From IMG/VR virus record IMGVR_UViG_3300042894_001948: DNA of 64,000 nt; one strand, written 5' to 3'. Source of the DNA: a virus (taxonomy: Duplodnaviria; Heunggongvirae; Uroviricota; Caudoviricetes). A program made the position numbers and the translations under genes. Positions 37,925 to 49,200 of this stretch are shown piece after piece. Below the pieces are notes generated by a model. It saw only the letters and a program-made list of their open reading frames with translations. It did no database searches and had not been told where the DNA came from. The first letter of the stretch is position 1, and the number at the start of each line of letters is the position of its first letter.

Positions 37925-39718
37925 ATGAATACAGGATACATAGCTGGAATTTCCAGAGGACACAATAGCGGAGTATGTTTACTACATAATGGTAAAATCG
38001 TGTTTTCAATAGAAGAAGAACGATTATCACGCGTTAAATACGACGGTAGTCCATTAGCTGCACTAACACTTATTAAACAATATACAGATACAATTGATTT
38101 TTTAGTAGTTGCACATACGTCATCGTTAGCGTCATCTTCGCCACAAATTGAATTTCAAAATGATGACATATATTCTGGATTAGCTAGAAAATTAGGATTA
38201 ATTAGCCGCAATGTTTTTCCACCCGGCCAGCATCCTCAGGTAATTGATGTATCATCATTGCATCATAAAATGCATGCAGCCTGTTCATTTTATCGATCTG
38301 GATGGGATGATGCAGTTGCATTAGTAGTAGACGGTGCAGGTACATCGTTTCCGTTTAAACTAGCTAATGGGGAGCCGACATGGTTTTGGGAAGTAGAATC
38401 AATTATAGACTGTTCATATCCGTTTGGATTTAAAACATTATATAAACATTATGCTACTCGAGAATCAGTTATTGGTGGTATTTCTCAAATACCATCTGAT
38501 ATGCTACATGAGTCAGGATCAACGCATACTGCATTAATTTCAGATACTGCAGGTATTACTAAAGTGTATGAAGCAGTTACTGAATACTGCGGCTTTGACG
38601 GAATTGATGCTGGTAAAACTATGGGATTGTTCCCGTATGGTAAACCTAATGAGTCAATACCTCCACTATTCAGTGACGCTACTGACGAACCATTATCAAA
38701 CAGAAGTTTATTTATTCCTAAATATCCAGGAACTGCAACTGTTAATCAAAATATGTATAGTTTTTTAACAACTGACAATTCTGTAACTGAATTTACTACA
38801 TTAGAAAATCGAAGAGATTTTGCATATGCATGTCAACTTGAAACACAACAACAAGTGTTACGATTAATTCGAAAAGCATGTGAGATGTCTGGTAAAAAAC
38901 AAGTTGTTATTTCTGGCGGATATGGATTAAATTGCGTTGCAAATTATTTTTATTTAGATCAATTACGTGATGAAGGTATTGAAATATATGTAGAACCTAT
39001 ATCAAATGATGGCGGAACTGCGATCGGTGCTGCATTAATGCACTGGTATCAAACTTCAGCTAGTATGGAAAAACAAGATCAATCAATATATCTCGGTCCG
39101 CATTATAATTATAGCACGGATGATATTAACGAGTTAGCTGTAAGTAATAATGGTACTATTATTGATGCAACCTACCGTGACATTGTTAAATTATTACGTG
39201 ATAAACATATTGTAAGTATGTTTCAAGGTAGGTCAGAAAATGGCCCGCGTGCATTAGGTAACCGATCTATATTGTTTGATCCAACATTTGAAGATGGTAA
39301 AGATTTTGTTAATAGCATTAAAAATAGAGAATACTTTAGACCGTTTGCTGGCACAATCTTAAAAGAACATGTACATAAATGGTTTGATTTACGAGGTAAA
39401 GATGAGTCTCCACACATGATGTATGCAGTAAATTGCCAACCTGGAATAGCAGAAAAAATACCAAGTATTATTCATGTCGATGGCACTTGCAGAATACAAA
39501 CAGTAACCGCTGACCAAAATACACACTTTTACAATCTAATTAATGAATTTTATAAAGAAACAGGTGTTCCTATTTTGTTTAATACGTCATTTAATCTTGG
39601 TGGCGATCCTTTGGTTGAAACCTTAGAAGATGCTATTGATACATTAGTAAAAAGCAAAATTGAATATTTATATTTGCCTGAATATAACAAATTACTAACA
39701 TTTAAAAATAATAATTAA
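37925..39718 (+). CDS. O-carbamoyltransferase (NodU/CmcH/TobZ family)
   Basis: GHNSG, EEERLSRVK, HHKMHAACSFY, VVDGAG, GKTMGL, SGGYGLNCVAN, GRSENGPRALGNRSIL, REYFRPFA, HVDGTCRIQTV, NTSFN. Confidence 0.95.
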   Translation: MNTGYIAGISRGHNSGVCLLHNGKIVFSIEEERLSRVKYDGSPLAALTLIKQYTDTIDFLVVAHTSSLASSSPQIEFQNDDIYSGLARKLGLISRNVFPPGQHPQVIDVSSLHHKMHAACSFYRSGWDDAVALVVDGAGTSFPFKLANGEPTWFWEVESIIDCSYPFGFKTLYKHYATRESVIGGISQIPSDMLHESGSTHTALISDTAGITKVYEAVTEYCGFDGIDAGKTMGLFPYGKPNESIPPLFSDATDEPLSNRSLFIPKYPGTATVNQNMYSFLTTDNSVTEFTTLENRRDFAYACQLETQQQVLRLIRKACEMSGKKQVVISGGYGLNCVANYFYLDQLRDEGIEIYVEPISNDGGTAIGAALMHWYQTSASMEKQDQSIYLGPHYNYSTDDINELAVSNNGTIIDATYRDIVKLLRDKHIVSMFQGRSENGPRALGNRSILFDPTFEDGKDFVNSIKNREYFRPFAGTILKEHVHKWFDLRGKDESPHMMYAVNCQPGIAEKIPSIIHVDGTCRIQTVTADQNTHFYNLINEFYKETGVPILFNTSFNLGGDPLVETLEDAIDTLVKSKIEYLYLPEYNKLLTFKNNN

Positions 39719-39751
39719 TTATGGTTTATATCAAAACATAACGGCTTTTAA

Positions 39752-40375
39752 TTACATATGAGAAACTTCTAAATACCAAATATCGTATTGAAATCTTTTA
39801 CTTAATAAATGATTGCTGATTTTAAGATTATTATCAGCAATCATCTTTTCAAATGTCGTTACTCCTGATCCCCAAATATTTTCAACTAATAATATTTTTC
39901 CATCATCTGCTAAAAACGGTTTTACATTATTAAAAAAATCATGATGAGTTGCCCAGTCTGTATCTTTATAACGACGTTGATCTGTTAATAATGGAGCATA
40001 CGGATCGCAGTTAAAATGCGGTGGATTTGCGATAATTAGATCAAATTTTGTGCCAGTTGGAATTGATTTAAAATTATCTGAAACATAAAATTTCACACAG
40101 TCTTCTAAGTTATTATCTTGTATAGTTTTGTTAACTATTTCTTTAGCTGGTTCATATATATCAGATAGATGCAATGTGTTGCACAACTGATTGCCTAGCA
40201 CTGCAAACCCTAAAAATCCTGGTCCAGAACACCACTCTAAACAATTATTAAATACCCTATTTGGATACAATGTTTGTATTACTTCTACTAATTCTTTATT
40301 TAAGATATCTCCGGAGCCATTTAGCTCGTGTGTAAATGATATCGAAATTCCGGGTACATTATGTGTTAAAATCAT
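39752..40375 (-). CDS. Class I SAM-dependent methyltransferase (HemK/PrmC-like, NPPx motif)
   Basis: Motif I LEWCSGPGFLG and motif IV FDLIIANPPHF. Confidence 0.85.
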   Translation of the reverse strand: MILTHNVPGISISFTHELNGSGDILNKELVEVIQTLYPNRVFNNCLEWCSGPGFLGFAVLGNQLCNTLHLSDIYEPAKEIVNKTIQDNNLEDCVKFYVSDNFKSIPTGTKFDLIIANPPHFNCDPYAPLLTDQRRYKDTDWATHHDFFNNVKPFLADDGKILLVENIWGSGVTTFEKMIADNNLKISNHLLSKRFQYDIWYLEVSHM

Positions 40376-40384
40376 TTAGCCTCT

Positions 40385-40834
40385 TTAAATTAAATCAATT
40401 ATGTCAATAACAGTTTGAATCTTAGTTTGAATAACTTTATTACGCAAGCTAAGATTTAACCCGCGATGTATAGGTTTTGGAAGTGCAATTAGACTAAACC
40501 AACCCCAAGCAATGTGTTCATCACTTAAGGTTGGTACAAATTCATTTTCCACTAAACAAAAATATGTATGAAAATTAAAGACACTATCGTTAGATACAAA
40601 TTTTTCTAACGGTAGTGTTTTTTTAATGACTGGAAGAAATCCAATTTCTTCTTCTATTTCTCTAGTAAGACCTTGCCACGGGTTTTCGTTAGCTAAGTTA
40701 GTACCGCCAACTAATCCCCAAGTGCCTTGATGTTTACCTGAGGATTTTTGGATTAATAGAAATCTATGCGTAGATTGTGAATAGATTAATGCACCGCTAC
40801 AAATTACTTGTTCTGTTATAGCTCTAGTCGCCAT
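40385..40834 (-). CDS. Nudix hydrolase
   Basis: Nudix box WGLVGGTNLANENPWQGLTREIEEEIG; LSDEHIAWGW. Confidence 0.9.
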   Translation of the reverse strand: MATRAITEQVICSGALIYSQSTHRFLLIQKSSGKHQGTWGLVGGTNLANENPWQGLTREIEEEIGFLPVIKKTLPLEKFVSNDSVFNFHTYFCLVENEFVPTLSDEHIAWGWFSLIALPKPIHRGLNLSLRNKVIQTKIQTVIDIIDLI

Positions 40835-42291
40835 TTGCCAACCTTATATATTCCTTCGAAACTTTTAACCCAATTTACGCCATTCCACATATATTGAATT
40901 CCAGAATCTGTATATGTGTTAGTTTGCCAAACAATTACGTCAGTTGTGTTTACTGAACTAAAAATTACATTCCATTTAGATCCATCCCATTCAACAATGT
41001 CATTCGCATGCGCAATTAAATCTTGTCCGCTAGTCCCTTTCCAACCAAGTGGGCCGTCTGTGTTAGTAACATCACCAATATCTTCTGTTAATAAATATCG
41101 TAAACCTTGAAAAACTGTATGATCTTTTGGATTAAATGTTTGCGGATTAATAACTGCATCAAATGTTCCTGGTGAATTAAGTATATTACTAATTCTATAA
41201 TTTGGACCTGCATTGTAATTTGGATCATAATCAAAAAGACCTACACTATTAATACCAGTATTAGGATTAATAGTATCCCTGTCCCATACAACATTTAGTA
41301 CTGCTTCATTTATTGGATCTCTTGATAAGATGCCATTAACTTCTGTGCCATCAATTTGCATTAAAAATATTCTTGCAATACCTGAGATAAACTTATTTGG
41401 GAACATGTCTAACAATAAATCCCATGACAATTCCTTGTTTACTCGATCTGGCATGTTAAATGACAAATCATTTGATACTGCACCATTATGCGAATCTAAC
41501 AACGTTATTTGATTATTAAACACTTCAATTACATAATCTTCTGTAACTGAAATAATCTCGGTCATTAGTGACGACGGAATACCATCAGGTATAAATGCAT
41601 CATTGCCAAACCCAGAAATTAACGGTGAATATGCATCATGCAAACTTGTAATAATTTTTCTAATAATGCCTAATTGTTTAACTTTTACTGGCGGGCTAAT
41701 CCATATCGGAGTAACTAGTGTTAGTGTTCCAATGTCAATAGGCGTGTCGTTACCTACTGGTATTGCTCTACTTGACCAGTTAACTGCATCTAGATACAAC
41801 ACAGAAATACTAGTCCAATCAACGTAGTTGTCGGTGGTTTGTATTTCTAAACTAGGATTAAAAATCATAAAGATCTGTTCCATAAGTTGTAACTTTTGAT
41901 CAGTACTAGCAGTCCAAATGTCAACTTTCATAGTTAACTTAAATGGAGTTGGCATAATTTTTTCTACTGTATAATTTCTACCTAAGTTACTTGTGTATTG
42001 TCCATCGACAATTTCACGTTCTCTATACTGTTTTTTATTAACAAATGTGGGATCTTGAATACGGTCACGATCTAATTCAATTGCGTGAATGTATACACTT
42101 ATTTTTGGAATAGAGTTTACTGTATTTTCTGAATTTTGTCTTACAATAGTTGCAGCTTGTCTATCACTGTCACCATAAGATACCGGAACACGATGTAACG
42201 TTCCGTCACTATATCTAACAGTAAAGTTACTAAAGACTCTAATTGTTTGGGTAACGTACCGTCTAATGGCTCCGTCATAAAAATGTTGCAT
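40816..42291 (-). CDS. Tail sheath stabiliser/terminator (T4 gp15-like) with C-terminal extension
   Basis: HFYDGAIRRYVTQTIRVFSNF, RVPVSYGD, MPTPFKL and QLMEQIFMIFNP resemble gp15; adjacent to neck genes. Confidence 0.75.
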   Translation of the reverse strand: MQHFYDGAIRRYVTQTIRVFSNFTVRYSDGTLHRVPVSYGDSDRQAATIVRQNSENTVNSIPKISVYIHAIELDRDRIQDPTFVNKKQYREREIVDGQYTSNLGRNYTVEKIMPTPFKLTMKVDIWTASTDQKLQLMEQIFMIFNPSLEIQTTDNYVDWTSISVLYLDAVNWSSRAIPVGNDTPIDIGTLTLVTPIWISPPVKVKQLGIIRKIITSLHDAYSPLISGFGNDAFIPDGIPSSLMTEIISVTEDYVIEVFNNQITLLDSHNGAVSNDLSFNMPDRVNKELSWDLLLDMFPNKFISGIARIFLMQIDGTEVNGILSRDPINEAVLNVVWDRDTINPNTGINSVGLFDYDPNYNAGPNYRISNILNSPGTFDAVINPQTFNPKDHTVFQGLRYLLTEDIGDVTNTDGPLGWKGTSGQDLIAHANDIVEWDGSKWNVIFSSVNTTDVIVWQTNTYTDSGIQYMWNGVNWVKSFEGIYKVGKWRLEL

Positions 42292-42326
42292 ATAATCTCC
42301 TATCCGTTATTTATTGTAGTAAAAAT

Positions 42327-43760
42327 TTACAAATCTGCTTTTGGTTTAAGCACTTGTGATAAACTTTGACGTTCTGCTTCTCTATGATTAAACAACATAA
42401 CTCTCCATGCTCCGGCATACGGGATAGTAACTTGTGAATCTTCTACAATTGGTAATGTAACTTTAATTTTAGAAACTCCATCAACAGTATACGATTCAAA
42501 TAGATCTGGATTATCAGCAACTACAAACTCTAAACGTGTAGTTGAGAATTTAATTACAAGGTATTTTGCAATAGTTGGATATGCAAATTCTGTATTAAAC
42601 ACAAAGTCTCCAACTGCTAATCTAACATAATCAACTGCAAGTTCTTCAGTGTACATAAATTTATTATTATTAATAAAGCTGGTTTTCAATGTTTGTCTAT
42701 TATTAGTATTTGTCATAGTCATACGTATGTTATCTTCAACTTTTAGCCAACGTTGTCCGTTAAATTTAAATAATCGATTTGGTAAAAAATCAACTCTTAA
42801 ATAAAAATCATTCTCTGCAGCGTTTTGCGGGAATCTAATTCCTGTTCCAAACACATATCCATTTGGCGGATATCCATCACCGAATAGGTAACCAGTATAA
42901 CCAGTACGTAATGGTACTGCGTTAACACTGCTAACGTTAATATTTGATAATCCGTTAATAGATTGGCTACTGTAACTAGTATCAATTTCATCTGAATCGA
43001 CTGTCATTAATATTTTATCACCTGTTTTTTCGTCAATTGCTAGTGTATAGAACTGTCTAGTTTCAAATCCGCTCATTGGCGAATCAAGTTCAGCTTGTCT
43101 TACAATTGCGTCAGTAATTTCAAGTTCTTTGTTGCGTGTACTTAATAAATCACGAAGTGCATATGGTGCATCTTCTCCTGCAGGTTTGTCAAGTATATCA
43201 GAATATTGTTGTGTATCTGTTAATTTTTTAAGTTTTAATCTATATAAATGTGGATACCATGTAGCACTATACCCTTCACTAGGACGATCTACTTCTTCAA
43301 TAACAAAGAATCTAGGTACACTAAGATCTAAGTCGTTCAGTGCAAAATCATCTTTCAAATGAGGTAATTCCATAACGTCACCAGCAAGTGGTTTACGGCC
43401 TATTGTTGTGACTATGTCGTTAATGTGTACTGTCATAAACACAGTATCATTATCAATAAACAAACCAAACTGGCTTAAATTGAAATTAAGATTTTGAAGT
43501 TGATAATGCCCGCGAATACGGTAAATTTCTGGTTCGTATTTACGATCACGGTTTTCTAAGAATAATAAATCTTGAATATTTGTTTCTTTTATTACATCAT
43601 ATATTGGTTGATCAGCAGTTCCTTCTAACGGATTTTTAGGTCCTAAATATTTATGAACGTGAACATCTGTGCAACCGACTTGAAACATCATTGATATTTG
43701 ACGATCGATAAATCTGTAGTTATTGCCTTTCTCGGGTTTATAAAGACTAAGCCTCGGCAT
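42327..43760 (-). CDS. Neck/head-closure protein (T4 gp14-like), extended
   Basis: LSQFGLFIDND..FMTVH..GRKPLAGDVMELPH resembles gp14; adjacent to gp13- and gp15-like genes. Confidence 0.7.
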   Translation of the reverse strand: MPRLSLYKPEKGNNYRFIDRQISMMFQVGCTDVHVHKYLGPKNPLEGTADQPIYDVIKETNIQDLLFLENRDRKYEPEIYRIRGHYQLQNLNFNLSQFGLFIDNDTVFMTVHINDIVTTIGRKPLAGDVMELPHLKDDFALNDLDLSVPRFFVIEEVDRPSEGYSATWYPHLYRLKLKKLTDTQQYSDILDKPAGEDAPYALRDLLSTRNKELEITDAIVRQAELDSPMSGFETRQFYTLAIDEKTGDKILMTVDSDEIDTSYSSQSINGLSNINVSSVNAVPLRTGYTGYLFGDGYPPNGYVFGTGIRFPQNAAENDFYLRVDFLPNRLFKFNGQRWLKVEDNIRMTMTNTNNRQTLKTSFINNNKFMYTEELAVDYVRLAVGDFVFNTEFAYPTIAKYLVIKFSTTRLEFVVADNPDLFESYTVDGVSKIKVTLPIVEDSQVTIPYAGAWRVMLFNHREAERQSLSQVLKPKADL

Positions 43761-43783
43761 ATTACTTCTCCTTGAGTGTTATC

Positions 43784-43805
43784 ATATTTATCGTAAGATA
43801 AATAT
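43784..43805. promoter_or_regulatory. Back-to-back palindromic late promoter pair
   Basis: ATATTTATC-GTAA-GATAAATAT: GATAAATA on each strand between divergent genes. Confidence 0.8.
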
Positions 43806-43820
43806 AGTAGGAGAACTATT

Positions 43821-44591
43821 ATGTCTGACGAAACCACATCATTGATAGAAAGAAATAAAGTATTTGAATATGTAAGCACTATGTTAGGTGCGGGAATGAT
43901 TGATTTGGACCTCGACCCAATTCATTACGAAACTGCATTAGATAGAGCGTTAACTCGCTTTAGACAACGCAGTCCGAATGCAGTAGAAGAAAGTTATAGC
44001 TTTTTAGAACTAGTACAAGATCAAAACGATTACAGATTACCTGATGAAATTATAGAAGTACAAAGCGTATTTAGACGTGCTATTGGGTCACGGTCTGGTA
44101 TGGGTGCAGGCGGTACATTATTTGAACCATTTAACTTAGCATACACTAACACATATATGATGAGTGGTAGTATGATGGGCGGACTTGCAACTTACGAATT
44201 ATTTGCAGGATATCAAAAATTAGTTGGTAAAATGTTTGGTAGTTATATTGAATTCAAATGGAAACCACAAAGCCATATCTTAACAATCTTACAACGACCA
44301 TTTGCACAAGGTGAACAGATTTTAATTAAGTCACACAATTATCGTCCTGACTTTGTATTACTAACTGACATCTATGCTAAACAATGGTTGCGTGATTACA
44401 CACTTGCTACATGTAAAATTATGCTAGGAGAAGCACGTAGTTTGTTTTCAACTATTGCAGGACCAGGTGGCGGTATTACTCTAAACGGTAATGACATGAA
44501 ATCTGCAGGTAAAGAAGAGCTTATTGCGCTTGACAAAGAACTTGAAACTTATATTTCTGGCGGAACTGGTTATACTTTTGTGATTGGCTGA
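43821..44591 (+). CDS. Neck protein/head-tail adaptor (T4 gp13-like)
   Basis: LGAGMIDLDLD, WLRDYTLATCKIMLGEARS and GGITLNG; C-terminal FVIG typical of gp13. Confidence 0.85.
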   Translation: MSDETTSLIERNKVFEYVSTMLGAGMIDLDLDPIHYETALDRALTRFRQRSPNAVEESYSFLELVQDQNDYRLPDEIIEVQSVFRRAIGSRSGMGAGGTLFEPFNLAYTNTYMMSGSMMGGLATYELFAGYQKLVGKMFGSYIEFKWKPQSHILTILQRPFAQGEQILIKSHNYRPDFVLLTDIYAKQWLRDYTLATCKIMLGEARSLFSTIAGPGGGITLNGNDMKSAGKEELIALDKELETYISGGTGYTFVIG

Positions 44592-44592
44592 T

Positions 44593-44621
44593 TTGACATT
44601 CTTCTAAAATTAGTGTATAAT
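44593..44621 (+). promoter_or_regulatory. Sigma70-type promoter, perfect consensus
   Basis: TTGACA (44593)-17 bp-TATAAT (44616). Confidence 0.8.
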
Positions 44622-44643
44622 ATATTTTTTTTAGGAGAATAAT

Positions 44644-45555
44644 ATGTTTTTACAAAACATGTTTTTACAAAACAAATATACGAATTGGTATTTTTCTATA
44701 ATTAAGAAACGACAAGAGTCTCCGGCAACTGTGGCAATTGAAAACCATCATATTATACCTGAAAGTTTTTATAAAAAAAGAAAACGAAAAGGCCCAGCAG
44801 GATGGTTAGACGGAAATCCTGATGCATTAGAAAATATAGTTGCTCTTACTGGTCGAGAACATTTTATATGTCATCGTCTTCTTACTAAAATGGTAGACGG
44901 AGTACCAAAAGCAAAAATGGTCCATGCTCTATCTTTTATGTTATCGATAAACAATACATCTAAAACTTATAGAATTACATCTAGGGTATATCAATCATTA
45001 AGATCATTAATGGCAGATATTATGAAAGAAGAATGGACTATAAAACGACGACAAGATCGTTCAAAATTAATGAAAGGTAGTCTTAATCATTTTTATGGAA
45101 AACAACACTCGGACGAAACTAAAGAAAAAATGCGAAATCGCATAGTATCAGAAAGTACTAAATTATTAATTTCAAAAACCCAAAAAGACCGATACACGCG
45201 TAGTCCTGGTACATTTTTAGGAAAGCATCATACAGAAGAAACTAAAGAAAAACTTCGGCAACAGCATTTAGGTCGCAAAGATTCGGATGAAACTAAACTT
45301 AAAAAATCGATAGCTGGAAAAAATAAACCATCAACTTCTATCGAAGCTCGTCGTAAGATAAGTGAAAAAAATAAAGGGAAAAATCGATCAGGAATATTGA
45401 ATGGATTTTATGGTAAAACCCATTCTGCAGATCAACGTCAGAGAAAAAGTAACGAAAAACAAAACGCACCTAAACAGATATGTGAATTTTGTAATAAATT
45501 AATAGATCCAATGAATTATGGGAGATGGCATGGTCAAAAATGTAAATACAAATAA
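44644..45555 (+). mobile_element. Free-standing HNH homing endonuclease with NUMOD3 repeats
   Basis: ENHHIIP..NIVALTGREHFICHRLL HNH core; repeated FYGKxHSxETKEK; C-terminal CxxC..H..C. Confidence 0.9.
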
Positions 45556-46171
45556 ATTAGTAGGAATCGTAGGAAACATAGGTGAAGGCAAAGACACTAT
45601 TGCAGATTACTTAGTTAATCAACATAACTTTAAACGTGAAAGTTTTGCAGGTACATTAAAAGATGCAGTTTCTGCTGTGTTTGGATGGGACAGAACATTG
45701 CTTGAAGGACAAACTACCGAGTCAAGAGAATGGCGTGAACAAGTTGATCAATGGTGGGCAGATAAATTAAATATTCCAAACTTAACCCCTCGTTATGTAT
45801 TGCAGCAATGGGGTACAGAAGTATGTAGAAGAAGTTTTCATGACGCTATTTGGGTTGCAAGTTTAGAAAATAAACTAAGAAATATAACCACCAATGTTGT
45901 TATTAGTGATTGTAGATTTCCAAATGAATTTGCAGCTATTAAAAATGCAGGCGGTATCATTGTTCGTGTAAAGCGCGGTCCGGACCCAGAGTGGCATACA
46001 CATGCACAAGGTGCATTAGCTGGTAAAATAGAAGACATATTGATCTTAAAAGAATTTGGAATACACGAAAGTGAATGGGCATGGTACGGGTTAACTGTAG
46101 ACTACACGATAGACAACAACAGCACACTTGATGCATTATACGCAAAAATAACGGAAATAATTAAGATATAA
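45530..46171 (+). CDS. Deoxynucleoside monophosphate kinase (T4 gp1-like)
   Basis: P-loop GNIGEGKDT, SFAGTLKD, TPRYVLQQWGTE, ISDCRFPNE and HESE; likely start ATG 45530 after GGAG. Confidence 0.9.
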   Translation: MVKNVNTNKLVGIVGNIGEGKDTIADYLVNQHNFKRESFAGTLKDAVSAVFGWDRTLLEGQTTESREWREQVDQWWADKLNIPNLTPRYVLQQWGTEVCRRSFHDAIWVASLENKLRNITTNVVISDCRFPNEFAAIKNAGGIIVRVKRGPDPEWHTHAQGALAGKIEDILILKEFGIHESEWAWYGLTVDYTIDNNSTLDALYAKITEIIKI

Positions 46172-46192
46172 CGCCATAAAATTACATTTTCC

Positions 46193-46200
46193 TATAAATA
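46193..46200 (+). promoter_or_regulatory. T4 late promoter consensus TATAAATA
   Basis: Exact consensus upstream of the tail sheath gene. Confidence 0.8.
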
Positions 46201-46232
46201 CAGTTAGAACTTGTATATATGGAGATTATAAT

Positions 46233-49200
46233 ATGGCTCAAACACTCAGTTCACCAGGGGTAAGCGTTTCAATCACCGATGAAAGTGCATACACTGCCGC
46301 ACCTGCTGGTACAATCCCTTTAATTTTTGTTGCCTCTGCTTCAAATAAATTAACAGATGCTGGAACAGGAATTGCTCCAGGAACCTTAGCAGAAAATGAC
46401 GGTAAAGTATATCTACTTACTGGTCAAAAAGATTTATTAGACACATTTGGTACACCAGTTTTTAAAACTGATTCAAATAATAATGCACAACATGCTCACG
46501 AACAAAATGAGTATGGATTACAAGCTGCTTACAGTTATTTAGGTGTAGCAAACCGCGCGTATGTAGCTCGTGCAAGTATTGACATGTCACAATTAGTTGG
46601 CACAACTGTTATTCCAGCAGGAATTCCAGAAGACGGTACATTTTGGTTAGACACTAGCAGTTCAAAATGGGGTATTTTTGAATGGGATAGTCGTCCATCA
46701 TCAGGTACTGGATCAGCACTAACTGGACAAACTTTTGTTAACAAAATTCCAACTGTAATTACAGAATCTACTGATGTAGACGGATCTACTCCAAAATCAA
46801 GTGTTGGAGCTCCGGGATCTTATGCAATTGTTGCAGTAACTAGTCTTATGAAATTATGGTATAAAAGACCAGGCATTGGTATCAATATTCCTCCGGTATG
46901 GGTTGAAGTCGGTACTGCAGAATGGGCTGCTAGTTTTCCAGCTGTTTCTAGTACTGCAGTAGTAGATGATACAGATATTTCTATTGCTGACGAACTTGTT
47001 ATTACTGCAGGCGATTTATTACCACAAACAACTACTAACAAAACAACATTAGCTGCAATTGTAGATGACATTAATAATAACGTTGTACTTAACGGTGTAG
47101 TTTCTGCTCGTGCAGTTAACAGCAAATTATACTTGTATTCAACCGGTGTTAACATTAGTTTAGATGGAACTAACTCTACTGCATTTGCTAGTTTGAATTT
47201 AAGAAATGACAACACAGGAACACCTGCTGCGTCAGTATTTTATGCACCAGCATTATCTATTGCACCACATACTGCAGTTCCGGATTTTAAAATTAAAACA
47301 AATAATAGACCGTCTGGATCAGTTTGGATTAAAACAACTCCAATTAATAAAGGTACTGATCTAATGATCAGTGTTTATAAACAGGCAGCTAAATCATGGA
47401 TTCCAAAAACTGTTTCAGTATATCCAAATAACGCTAGCGCATTAAACGGGTTAGATTCGTCAGGCGGCGGGTTAAACATTGTTGGTAATACAGTTTATGC
47501 TAAAACTAATGATGCAGAACTTACACCAACTTCTGCATCATTTAAGTTGTATCGTAGAAGTAATACAACCGCTACTATAATCGAATCTGTTGAAATTAAA
47601 AGAACGACATTTGCTCCAAGCAACAGTGCAACTTTTAGATTAAGTGAAAGTGTTCCTGGATCTAATTCGTTAATTACAAGAACCGTAGTAATTGGTACTA
47701 TTGCGTCGGATGCAACGGTTCAAACTATTATTGATGCAATTCTTTTTGGAATTAACAATGTTAGTCAAGGTGCAACAACTAATGTTACTGCATATCAAGT
47801 AGGAAGTAAAATTGCTATTAAACATGCAACAGGTGGTGAAATTGAATTTGCACAAACAGGTACAACACCTAATAACATTGTTACTAAGTTGTTTGGTAAT
47901 CCATCTACACCGTCTGGGTTGGCAAATTCGTCATTAAACTTCTATGCTCATCCAGGTGGCAACACTACAATTACTATAGGTGGTACACCTACCGTTTATA
48001 ATAGATTTGTTGCTACACTCTGGACCGAATATACATCAGATAGATTATCATCATTTGCTCATTTAACTCCTAAAGAACCAGTTAGTGGCCCATCAGAAGG
48101 ACAATTGTGGTTTGATTCTAAAGTTGAAGACGTTGATCTTATGTTCTTAGATATTGTTGATGGAACACCTACATGGGTGGCATTTAACAATTACAACTCA
48201 GGAGGTATATTAAAAAATCCAAAAGGACCATTTGTTTCTGCAACAAAACCAAAATTACAATCAGATGGTGGTGCATTAGCCGAAGGTGATATTTGGGTTG
48301 ACATGTCAGATTTAAACAACTATCCAAAAATTTACAGATATATTGATTTTGATAAACAATGGGAATTAATGGATACTACTGATCATACTACTGAAAATGG
48401 TATTATTTTTGCTGATGCAAGATGGAGTACTAATGGCGGACCTGACATGGGTTTATTATCAGATATGTTAGGTGGTTTTTCAGAAGGCGGTGATTTAACA
48501 TTTGCACAAGCACAGGCATTAAACGATGCTGCTAACTTTGTAGATTTTGATGCACCAAATCCTGCATTATATGCAAAAGGTATGCTGTTATGGAATTTAC
48601 GTAGAAGTGGTAATAACGTTAAAAAATATCGTAAAACATATATTAATCCATTACACCGTAACACACGCCGTAATGACGAAGTAATGAATGAAACTAATGG
48701 TTATACTACAACTTCTCGTTGGGTAACTGAATCAGGAAACCAAAGCAACGGTATTGGTTCATTTGGTTATAAAGCACAACGTAAGGTTGTTATTCAGTCA
48801 TTACAAGCATTGGTTAACACTAATTTTCAAGTTCGTGATACAGAACAACGTGTATTTAATTTACTTGCTGCTCCTGGGTATCCTGAGTTAGTTGGAGAAT
48901 TAAGAGTGTTAAACTCAGATCGTGGCCTTACTGCATTTATTATTGCTGATAGTCCTGCTCGTTTAGCACCTAACGCAACTGATATTAGCAACTGGGGACA
49001 TAATGCTAAGTTAGCAACAGAAGATAACGATGACGGTTTAGTTAGTGCTGATCCATATGTAGCGTTTTTCTATCCCTGGGGTATGGCAAGCGACAACAAA
49101 GGATTAAATGTTGTACTTCCTCCATCGCATATGATGTTAACAACAATTGCATTAAACGATCAAAAATCTTATCCGTGGTTTGCGCCAGCTGGAACTAGCA

